Below are positions 56,740-64,000 of a stretch of DNA of 64,000 nt, piece by piece; positions within the stretch are counted from its first letter, which is position 1, and the number at the start of each line of letters is the position of its first letter. The DNA lies in sequence record ON210137.1, one strand, 5' to 3'. Both the position numbers and the translations under genes were made by a program. The stretch comes from Escherichia phage EC150. Under the pieces are notes generated by a model. The model was not told where the DNA came from. It saw only the letters and a list, made by a program, of their open reading frames with translations, and did not search any database.

Positions 56740-57539
56740 CCTTTTGATACTCCATCTTTAGCAACTGGATTGTTGGTGATTGGCATCGCACTCCAAAACT
56801 GGATGCGCAACTCTTCTTGCTGTGACGTGGTATCCATCCAATCACGATACCAAGGGCAATGGGCTTTGCCATGACGAGGAAACGCGCATTTACCCATACC
56901 GATGCATTGCGGCTGTAATAATGGATTTGCCCACGGGTGCACCTTGAGGACTTCCGCAACCATTGCGCGGAATACTTCTTGATACTCGCCTTGAGTGCGC
57001 GTGCACAAGCGGTTTGACGCCATCTGCTGCAGCGTGCGCAAGTTGAACTTTGCCATGATATGCGTTTGCATATTAGAAGGCAACACGGCACGTGCATCTT
57101 GAATCTCTGCGCCAGCCGCGCGAAGCTCTTGATACAAAGCATCGATAGTCGCCATCGCATCATCCCACTTCTCTGCCAGTTCAGCGGCCTTCTCGTCATG
57201 ACGAGTCCATCCCTTTGGATCATCCTCTGGGTAAGTGAATTTAGCAGGACGAATCGCATCAAATGCAGACGACTCCTGAGCGCGGCTGGTGCGTTCTTGA
57301 TATGCGCCTGTGCGTGTGCGTACCATCTGATGGGTCATGTTCTTTGATACATCTGTGATATCAAAGATATAGTCCACAAAGTCAAAAGGCGACTTGATTG
57401 TATCAAGCATGTAGCGCCAATGCTCTTGCTTCTCTGATTCCGTCATCTCAGAGACAGGCTTACCAGTCATGCGCGTGTTCTTTGTTTCCAGCAAAAGGTC
57501 AAGTGCATCTTGGGTGTATCGAATTAATTCAACTTTCAT
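56736..57539 (-). CDS. thyX: flavin-dependent thymidylate synthase (ThyX)-like protein, divergent
   Basis: 267 aa; QMVRTRTGAYQERTSR aligns with the ThyX signature region but His of RHR is Thr; C-terminal TRTQGEYQ...HPW resembles the ThyX SHAQ.E...CPW region. Confidence 0.65.
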   Translation of the reverse strand: MKVELIRYTQDALDLLLETKNTRMTGKPVSEMTESEKQEHWRYMLDTIKSPFDFVDYIFDITDVSKNMTHQMVRTRTGAYQERTSRAQESSAFDAIRPAKFTYPEDDPKGWTRHDEKAAELAEKWDDAMATIDALYQELRAAGAEIQDARAVLPSNMQTHIMAKFNLRTLQQMASNRLCTRTQGEYQEVFRAMVAEVLKVHPWANPLLQPQCIGMGKCAFPRHGKAHCPWYRDWMDTTSQQEELRIQFWSAMPITNNPVAKDGVSKG

Positions 57540-57552
57540 TTTAATTATCCTA

Positions 57553-57999
57553 TTAACGGTAATTCACTAGTTGCTGATCACCAGAGAAGGTGCAATGATA
57601 AACGAATTGTGCGTTATAAAGCAACTGAAAACTTTTCTTTGGTTCATTATTAGAACTCATCGATGTAAAGATTTCTGCACCAGAACGGTTTTCACCAATC
57701 AGATTAATAAAGCCGCCAGTTGAACGAGGCTGGACGAAAGTGAAACGTTGCATCCACGGAGTACGGTTGGCACCTTTCCCTGTGAATCCCTGAATCTGAA
57801 TATTCAGACCTTCTTGCTCGTTCACACCGATGTAAGTGGTAATCTTCGCACCAGTCGTTGCTGCGGTCTTACCGTCCATCGCTTCGCAATCGTAAACAGC
57901 GATTGAATCGGAAGTACGGATGGCAGCTTCAGTCGCTTCCATATACATGGTGCCGAGAATAGCAGTTGCGGCAAGCGCGATTCCAGTGATTCGTTTCAT
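57553..57999 (-). CDS. secreted protein of unknown function (148 aa)
   Basis: Signal-peptide-like N-terminus MKRITGIALAATAILGTMYMEATEA; two Cys in mature part. Confidence 0.5.
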   Translation of the reverse strand: MKRITGIALAATAILGTMYMEATEAAIRTSDSIAVYDCEAMDGKTAATTGAKITTYIGVNEQEGLNIQIQGFTGKGANRTPWMQRFTFVQPRSTGGFINLIGENRSGAEIFTSMSSNNEPKKSFQLLYNAQFVYHCTFSGDQQLVNYR

Positions 58000-58064
58000 T
58001 TCCGTTTCCTCTATGAGTTCTGCTTCAATGATTAAAGTATACGCCCATTGAAGCAGAAAGCAAA

Positions 58065-59060
58065 TTATTTATTAGCAATATAAGCAAATTTTTGATAGTT
58101 ATTTGCTTTGATGAGTTTTTCAACTTCAACAAGGTCATGAGCGACGTCATCAAGCAAAATGTTGCGCCAGGTAGCAAATCGACCGACACTAAACACGTTC
58201 AAATCCATGGTCAGCTGCAGGAGTAGGGCGTGTCGCAAGTCTTTCGGAATGTCGACAATCTTGCCATATTTCTGGTCGACCTTTTCAACTTCTTCAAGAG
58301 CAATGTCACTCCATGAGAGGCCAAAAGCTGTCAACACTTCGTCGACTTCTGCGCGCAGCTTGATGTCACGGTAACGAGTGATGCCGCCAGCGGCTTCAAC
58401 TGCAGCTTCACTCACGCTGACCAAAGGAATTGTTTCAATGATCAGTGTGTCGCCAGTGATTGATGCGCGGTAAGTTCTGACGGAGTAGTCAGGGAAGTAA
58501 ATTGTTTGATACAAATCACACTTACGTTTAATCTTAAAGCGGTAAACGCGAATGTTTGCTTTATCAAATGAGAAATCAAGCTTTTGATCAATCCCAGCCA
58601 GCTTCATCATGACTGGCAGCGGCGACGTGTTGATGATTGGCGTCTCGCTATAGCCGCAAAGAGTATCAACCGGAGTATTAAAGAATATGCGGTCACCCAG
58701 TTTGTCGACAAGCTGATCATAAAAGTCATCAGGCGCAATATAACGTGTTGCAGTCTTAAGCTTCATGATTGAACGGCTGCCAAACTGATTGGTGACCTTC
58801 ATGGAATACATATTGGCAAGGTTGATTGGGCAATGGTCGTGGTAGTAGTTGCCGCGAAAATACACAGCCTTGTCAACTGTCACGGCCTTGAAAGGGATTC
58901 CGGTAATACGGCTTACTTCTTCGCCGCGAAAGCGTAGAAGCGCCTTGTGCTGTTGCGCTCGTTCCCCTGCTTCGTACACAATAGAGTTCGGGAAGTGACA
59001 CGCTGTGATAAGTCCTGCCAGTCCGCCGCCGATAATCATTACAGGTTGTTTCATGTTCAT
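58065..59060 (-). CDS. FAD/NAD(P)-binding oxidoreductase
   Basis: N-terminal Rossmann dinucleotide-binding motif VMIIGGGLAGL; 331 aa. Confidence 0.65.
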   Translation of the reverse strand: MNMKQPVMIIGGGLAGLITACHFPNSIVYEAGERAQQHKALLRFRGEEVSRITGIPFKAVTVDKAVYFRGNYYHDHCPINLANMYSMKVTNQFGSRSIMKLKTATRYIAPDDFYDQLVDKLGDRIFFNTPVDTLCGYSETPIINTSPLPVMMKLAGIDQKLDFSFDKANIRVYRFKIKRKCDLYQTIYFPDYSVRTYRASITGDTLIIETIPLVSVSEAAVEAAGGITRYRDIKLRAEVDEVLTAFGLSWSDIALEEVEKVDQKYGKIVDIPKDLRHALLLQLTMDLNVFSVGRFATWRNILLDDVAHDLVEVEKLIKANNYQKFAYIANK

Positions 59061-59137
59061 TTGTCCTTTGTGGGTGATATGAGAAGTATAATAGCTAAAT
59101 TATTTTACAGCAACAAGTCATTTTATTTAGTACAGAT

Positions 59138-59165
59138 GAAAAAAGACCCACAACAAGTGTGGGTC
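59138..59165 (-). terminator. rho-independent terminator after Lys/Ala/Glu-rich gene
   Basis: 8-bp stem GACCCACA/TGTGGGTC, 5-nt loop, U-run in the minus-strand transcript. Confidence 0.5.
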
Positions 59166-59192
59166 AATTACCGCTGCATAACCGTCCTAAGG

Positions 59193-60038
59193 TTATTCCG
59201 CTTGATCACCGTCTTCGGCATCTTCGTTGGATTCAACATCGACAAACTCGATGTGACCCATCTCTTCCAGCTTGCTCAGGTAGGAGCGAACTGAAGCGCC
59301 AAACAGTTGATCTTTAACTTTTTCGCCCAGCTCATCGATAGACTGTGCCACGCCAACTTCGCCTTCTTTGATCGCCGCCAGAACGCGTCCACGGGTGGAA
59401 TGCTCTTGCGGCTGACTCAGGCCATTGCCAGTGTAGATGAAGTGAGTAGCTTTTGCACGACGCTGACCATTGGCCTTTTTGGCAGCCTTACGTTCTGCGA
59501 TGGCTTTGCGACGTTCTTCAGCTTCTTGCTTACGCTGTTCTTTCTGCTGTTCTGCAGCTTCTTTCGCCGCAATCTTAGCAGCTTCACGCTCTGCCTTGCG
59601 TTTCGCTTTGGCTTCTTCTTTGGCCTTCTCTTTTTCGGCCTTCGCTGCAGCACGGGCTTGATCACGCTCTGCTTTCTTAGCAGCAGCTTGTTCAGCTTTC
59701 AGGCGCTTGGCTTCTTCTTTAGCCTTTGCCTTTTCGATTTCTTTCGCTGCTTTAGCGGCTTCACGCTCTGCTTTCTTAGCAGCAGCCTTTTCTGCACGCT
59801 CTTTGGCCTTCTTGGCTGCTTCTTCAGCACGCTTCTGAGCCTTCTCATCAGCAGCCTGCTTGCGTTTCAGGGCAGCTTCTTCACGCTTGGCTTGTTTTTC
59901 CTGCTCACGCTTCTGGCGTTTTTCTTCGGCTTCTTTCTTTTTAGCCAGACGTTTTTCTTCAGCCACGCGACGACGTTCTGCTGCAGCTGCTTGTTTTTCT
60001 TCTTTAGATAATACTTTGATTGCTTCGGCCATGTTCAC
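59193..60038 (-). CDS. Lys/Ala/Glu-rich low-complexity protein with acidic C-terminal domain
   Basis: About 190 aa of charged helical repeat (EEKR..KAK.EA...) then a ~90-aa C-terminal domain ending in an acidic tail. Confidence 0.6.
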   Translation of the reverse strand: MNMAEAIKVLSKEEKQAAAAERRRVAEEKRLAKKKEAEEKRQKREQEKQAKREEAALKRKQAADEKAQKRAEEAAKKAKERAEKAAAKKAEREAAKAAKEIEKAKAKEEAKRLKAEQAAAKKAERDQARAAAKAEKEKAKEEAKAKRKAEREAAKIAAKEAAEQQKEQRKQEAEERRKAIAERKAAKKANGQRRAKATHFIYTGNGLSQPQEHSTRGRVLAAIKEGEVGVAQSIDELGEKVKDQLFGASVRSYLSKLEEMGHIEFVDVESNEDAEDGDQAE

Positions 60039-60191
60039 AGTCCTTAAATAAATTAGTTTATTTTATATTCCCCGTTTGGGATAACTTAATTATGCCTTCA
60101 GTCGCCGCCAGTAGCAACTAAAAACTCTGGCAGCAATGCCACTTTAATTAAACTGATTTTCAGTTTTATTTTTCGTAAATTTACGTCAACA

Positions 60192-61376
60192 TTAACGCGC
60201 TTTCAAATCACGGTACACGGTCAGATTCTTTTTAGCGCGGGTAATAGCGGTGTACATCATCTTTGCATACGGAACGCCGCGCAGGATTTCTTCCAACACG
60301 CACACATTGTCCCACTCGCTGCCTTGCGATTTGTGCACCGTTATGACATAGCCATAGTCCATGCCTCCAACGGCTCGTTGGGCCTCTTTGCGCACTTCCT
60401 GATCAGTAGAGAAGGAAAGAGGATTTATCTTCACCTTTATATCTTTGCCATCGGTAAGCGAGCGCAAGTTGACATACATGATTTCATTAGACTCGTCTTC
60501 ATCCCTTTCAAAGTCCGGCACTGGCTCATAACTAATAACAATCCCTTGCTCGCCATTACAGAATCCTGGACCGTGTTGGTTGAATGTGCAAATAACTTTC
60601 TCTCCGATTCCTGGCATCGGCGTTATACGTCCGCTCACTTGCCGCAATAATGAATTCCATTTATCTTTGGTGCTATTATATGAGCAAATAATTTGATCAT
60701 CTTCGCCCATGAATTTCTTCAACGCAGTAACGCGCGGCGATTCAGCCAACACCTTGACATCATCGTATTCACGCGGAGGAAGTCGGTTGCCCTGTCGCAC
60801 GAAGAAGGAAGCGCGGATGATGTTGGACTCTTTCCCTTGCCGCATGATTTCGGTTAACAGTACGTCAACGGCATCTTCAGTAAAGTAGGCGGCGGCTTTT
60901 ACCGGAGGGACTTGTCCAATGTCGCCTAATGCCAGAACAGGGATGCGGTGATCAAGAAGGCGCTCTGCGTCCCACTCGCCAACCATTGAAGCTTCATCAA
61001 GGACGACAAGATGCGGCCTTTCATCAAGCGTTGACTTCCTTGCAAAGATTGGTTCATTGTCATCGTTAACGCCGCGCACGTTATAGATGAACTGGTGAAG
61101 GGTCTTAGCGCCACGACACCCTTTCTGCTTCAATCGGCTGGCGGCCTTTCCGGTCGGCGCAATATAAATGGCACCGTACTCACCGACACAACGGCGCACA
61201 ATCTCACGCGCAATAGAGGTTTTACCTGTTCCTGCATAGCCAGCGATGAAAAACACGCGCTTCGTTGTTTTGCCGTCCTGCAATCGCTTGTACCATGCAA
61301 CGGCCTTTTCGATGGCGTCAATCTGTTGCGCGTTAAACTGAATCACTGGCTCATCATTAAATTCTGGAATGTTCAT
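60192..61376 (-). CDS. SF1 helicase (Dda/RecD-like)
   Basis: Walker A GYAGTGKTS, Walker B VVLDEASMV, C-terminal HKSQGSEWD motif. Confidence 0.8.
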   Translation of the reverse strand: MNIPEFNDEPVIQFNAQQIDAIEKAVAWYKRLQDGKTTKRVFFIAGYAGTGKTSIAREIVRRCVGEYGAIYIAPTGKAASRLKQKGCRGAKTLHQFIYNVRGVNDDNEPIFARKSTLDERPHLVVLDEASMVGEWDAERLLDHRIPVLALGDIGQVPPVKAAAYFTEDAVDVLLTEIMRQGKESNIIRASFFVRQGNRLPPREYDDVKVLAESPRVTALKKFMGEDDQIICSYNSTKDKWNSLLRQVSGRITPMPGIGEKVICTFNQHGPGFCNGEQGIVISYEPVPDFERDEDESNEIMYVNLRSLTDGKDIKVKINPLSFSTDQEVRKEAQRAVGGMDYGYVITVHKSQGSEWDNVCVLEEILRGVPYAKMMYTAITRAKKNLTVYRDLKAR

Positions 61377-61702
61377 TATAACTCCACTACGCTTTCAAGG
61401 TCCAGATATACTGGAATAAAATGGCAATCTTCTTTTCGTTCAAACATCTCACCGTCAACATGACTGAAGAAAACAGTTGTGTTTGGTATCTTCCACCCTT
61501 GCTCGCCGCGCACTAGGTATGCCATGGATTCAACAGGGATGTAAAGCGATACCGGATTTGCGGCAAAGATGAATTTGATTCTGTCTGGTTGACCAAGGAA
61601 TCGCATAATTGTAAGACTTGAATTCAGTCTTGTATTAAGGAAGGACTCAACGATGCCGACGTGTGTTGCACGTTCGCGTTGCTTCGTATCTTTTTCGTTC
61701 AT
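61376..61702 (-). CDS. hypothetical protein (108 aa)
   Basis: First gene of the minus-strand replication block. Confidence 0.45.
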   Translation of the reverse strand: MNEKDTKQRERATHVGIVESFLNTRLNSSLTIMRFLGQPDRIKFIFAANPVSLYIPVESMAYLVRGEQGWKIPNTTVFFSHVDGEMFERKEDCHFIPVYLDLESVVEL

Positions 61703-61862
61703 TTCAGGCGACCTTTGTTAGTGCGGAAATATTTTCTGATAGTATAATTGCAGATATAGTATAAAGCAAAGTAAATCGAAATTGTGAACTAAATGGTAAA
61801 TATTGTTGACTTTGTATCACTCAATATTATACTGCAGGTATTGATCACCGAAGGAAAGAAAG

Positions 61863-62945
61863 ATGGCTAGTTTAAGAGAAGAAGCAAAAATAATCGAAGA
61901 GTTTTTGACAGAACTCCAAAGAGGCATTCCAGAAGATGAACGCGTCATGACCGTGTTTGCGCCTGAAGCAACGGTGCAGACCGACGAGCGCGGCAAAAAG
62001 ATTAACAGCAGCTTCTGGCCTAAGCCTTGGAAGCTTGGCAAGCCGCTGATGCAACATCAGAACGGTTACGCCTGCATAAGTTCAATGCGTAAGTCTCCCA
62101 ACCCAAAGACAGGCGAGATGCGATACTGGCGCACGGAATCGGCTTTCGGTCATGGCATGGCGATGATGGTCGACGACATCGGTCACGGTAAAGGGTCCAA
62201 AGGCGATTTAGATTTAGAGTTCTTTTTCGAGCGTCTGAAGCCAACCGTCATTGTTGAGACTTCACCGAACAACCACCAGCTGTGGTATTTCTTTAAAGAC
62301 CCGATTGACCATCTTATCCAGTTCAAAGCATTCCTTGGGTCTTTCGTAAACATGGTACTCAAGAAGGGCGGCGACAACACGATTAAAGACGTGACGCGCG
62401 TGGGCCGTGTTCCTGGTTGCATCAACAACAAGCGTGTGACTCACGACGGCCCTTACAAATATGTCGATGAGAACGGCGACCCGTTCCGCTGCCGACTTGT
62501 CCATGCAGACTATTCTTTGCGATACACAATCGAAGAGATTTGCCAAGCCTTCGGTTTCCACGTCGTTATGCCGCAAAAGCGTGAAATTCAAATTGACGTT
62601 GACGAATACAAATATGATGCTGTTTGGTATAAAATAGCCCAGCAAATCCTTTCGCGCAATAAGATGGGTGAAGGGTCCGATGGCGATGTTGTTGAAAACA
62701 TGTCAGGTAAATGCCGCATCATCTGCCCTTGGGGTGAAGAGCACACCAACGGCGACCCATATGGCGCTTACTTTCGCGGCCCAATCCCTGGCGCTGAACA
62801 TGAATTCGTTTTCGGTTGCGCTCACGACTGTCACCGGAAAGGTGAAGGTAAGAAAGGCTGGACAGCTTTTGTTGAAGCAGTAGTCATGCCTTATATTGAG
62901 AATCAACTTGATATGATAAATCGTCGCGCAGGTGGCATAAAATAG
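61863..62945 (+). CDS. primase-like / replication initiation protein with zinc-binding region
   Basis: 360 aa; MMVDDIGHG acidic motif; Cys/His cluster CRIICPWGEEH...FGCAHDCH; assignment is tentative. Confidence 0.4.
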   Translation: MASLREEAKIIEEFLTELQRGIPEDERVMTVFAPEATVQTDERGKKINSSFWPKPWKLGKPLMQHQNGYACISSMRKSPNPKTGEMRYWRTESAFGHGMAMMVDDIGHGKGSKGDLDLEFFFERLKPTVIVETSPNNHQLWYFFKDPIDHLIQFKAFLGSFVNMVLKKGGDNTIKDVTRVGRVPGCINNKRVTHDGPYKYVDENGDPFRCRLVHADYSLRYTIEEICQAFGFHVVMPQKREIQIDVDEYKYDAVWYKIAQQILSRNKMGEGSDGDVVENMSGKCRIICPWGEEHTNGDPYGAYFRGPIPGAEHEFVFGCAHDCHRKGEGKKGWTAFVEAVVMPYIENQLDMINRRAGGIK

Positions 62946-63003
62946 TTTGCTTTTATTTTTCTAGCAACTATAATCATTTTATGAACTGAAGCAGAGGTGA
63001 TTT

Positions 63004-63150
63004 ATGAAAAGCGAAGAATTGAATATCGAGCTTGAAGGTCTGTTAAAGTCGTTAGAACCTAAGCCCGTAGAGCTTCCCACCCTTGAAGGTGTCATGGCTC
63101 ACCACCAATCGGCTGCGGCCAAACACTACTATGAATTTATTAAGGAATAA
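63004..63150 (+). CDS. small protein (48 aa)
   Basis: ATG after GAGGTGA; stop 2 nt before the next gene; below ORF-track size cut-off. Confidence 0.3.
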   Translation: MKSEELNIELEGLLKSLEPKPVELPTLEGVMAHHQSAAAKHYYEFIKE

Positions 63151-63152
63151 AA

Positions 63153-63443
63153 ATGAACGAACCAAAAATGATGACTGTTGAAGAAGCGCAAAAGCTTCGT
63201 GTTGAAAACGAGCTTAAGCTTGTCAACCAGATTCTTCCCTTGTTTGCAGGCTACGCAGTTGAGGAAGTTGTTGGTGCAATCCTTAACGTATCCACGCACG
63301 TAGCGATGAATCTTCAGGCCGAGCGATTCAACACGCTGCTGACTATTAAAAATCTTACGGTCAGTGCAACGTTCACCGTTGAGCCAGTCAATTTTGACGA
63401 AGCTTCAGCCGCGATTCAACAGCAAAGAGATCAAGAGGTGTAG
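63153..63443 (+). CDS. hypothetical protein (96 aa)
   Basis: ORF with AAGGAATAA upstream. Confidence 0.45.
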   Translation: MNEPKMMTVEEAQKLRVENELKLVNQILPLFAGYAVEEVVGAILNVSTHVAMNLQAERFNTLLTIKNLTVSATFTVEPVNFDEASAAIQQQRDQEV

Positions 63444-63444
63444 C

Positions 63445-63708
63445 ATGGGCGCTTTCCGTAACGAGTTCATCTGGAACGTTACTAGCAATCTCTCGACTTG
63501 TCCTAACTGTGCGAGCGATGTGATCAAGGTGCGGCAGCATCGCAACGCAGAGGAAGGTGCCTGGGAGGACGGCGACCTTGTAGAGTGCCAGTGCTGCTCT
63601 CACGAAGGCGTGGTGGAGCTTTACGCAGGAGAAGGTTGTCCACCAGCAGAACGTTCAGCACGCGTTGAATGGGATGCGACAGACTCCATCGGTGATCCTC
63701 AACAGTAA
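63445..63708 (+). CDS. small zinc-ribbon protein (87 aa)
   Basis: CPNC...CQCC Cys pairs; start adjusted to internal ATG right after upstream stop. Confidence 0.45.
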   Translation: MGAFRNEFIWNVTSNLSTCPNCASDVIKVRQHRNAEEGAWEDGDLVECQCCSHEGVVELYAGEGCPPAERSARVEWDATDSIGDPQQ

Positions 63709-63726
63709 ATTTAGGTATAGATACAT

Positions 63727-63831
63727 ATGAAAGCCGTAAAGAAATACACATTAATCATTTCCCTTGTTATCATCCTGGGGCTATTATATGTATTGGATAT
63801 GGCATATTATTTGGCAGGGGTGAGTAAGTGA
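63727..63831 (+). CDS. small hydrophobic peptide (34 aa)
   Basis: Single hydrophobic segment; overlaps the start of the next ORF. Confidence 0.25.
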   Translation: MKAVKKYTLIISLVIILGLLYVLDMAYYLAGVSK

Positions 63832-64000
63832 ATATTGTAATTCTTTATGGTGAGAATATCAGCGATGACGACATCGAAGTTGCCGTTGATGTTTACGGTA
63901 TCGATGAGGTGAAACGTGTTGAAGAAATTAATGGCGCAAATCTTAACGAGATTGTCAAAGAAGCTGGTTGCCCTTCGGAAGAGATTCTGGTGGTTACTAA
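63828..64000 (+). CDS. hypothetical protein, 5' part only (runs off window)
   Basis: Open frame from GTG 63828 to window end. Confidence 0.3.
   Translation, partial: MNIVILYGENISDDDIEVAVDVYGIDEVKRVEEINGANLNEIVKEAGCPSEEILVVT

Noticed and set aside
59307-60011. 234-aa plus-strand ORF rich in Phe/Leu/Ser
   Set aside because: Opposite-strand shadow of the Lys/Ala/Glu-rich repeat gene; low-complexity artefact
1-64000. Prophage or temperate lifestyle (integrase, repressor, att sites)
   Set aside because: No tyrosine/serine recombinase motifs, CI-like repressor or flanking host genes were seen; window is phage sequence throughout

Overview
This 64-kb window is a nearly gene-saturated stretch of a tailed dsDNA bacteriophage genome with a contractile tail (myovirus-type). 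No integrase or repressor is visible, so it reads as a lytic phage. All functional calls come from motif recognition by eye; no database search was run. Confidence for named functions refers to the function; for hypothetical ORFs it refers to the ORF being a real gene. Starts marked as adjusted were moved to an internal ATG of the supplied ORF; the ORF track translates GTG/TTG first codons as M. Layout: (i) 39-5962, about 17 small plus-strand early ORFs with frequent start/stop overlaps and no recognisable domains; (ii) 5962-10315, a regulatory hub with several repeat families, a near-consensus sigma70-type promoter and a CpG-rich island (about 7700-9620) of four small genes in divergent orientation with duplicated promoters; (iii) 10315-15388, minus-strand accessory genes including a 771-aa tail fibre with a C-terminal intramolecular-chaperone domain; (iv) 15567-44124, plus-strand morphogenesis module from large terminase to a GH19-type endolysin; (v) 44150-61702, minus-strand replication and nucleotide-metabolism module; (vi) 61863-64000, plus-strand genes including a zinc-binding primase-like protein. 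The strongest candidates for something undescribed are: a terminator-bounded six-gene accessory operon next to the polymerase (54427-59165); a portal protein whose C-terminal extension matches the inorganic pyrophosphatase signature (19760-20221); the CpG-rich acidic-protein island; and two homologous repeat-flanked AT-rich elements (6210-6575 and 22190-22460).
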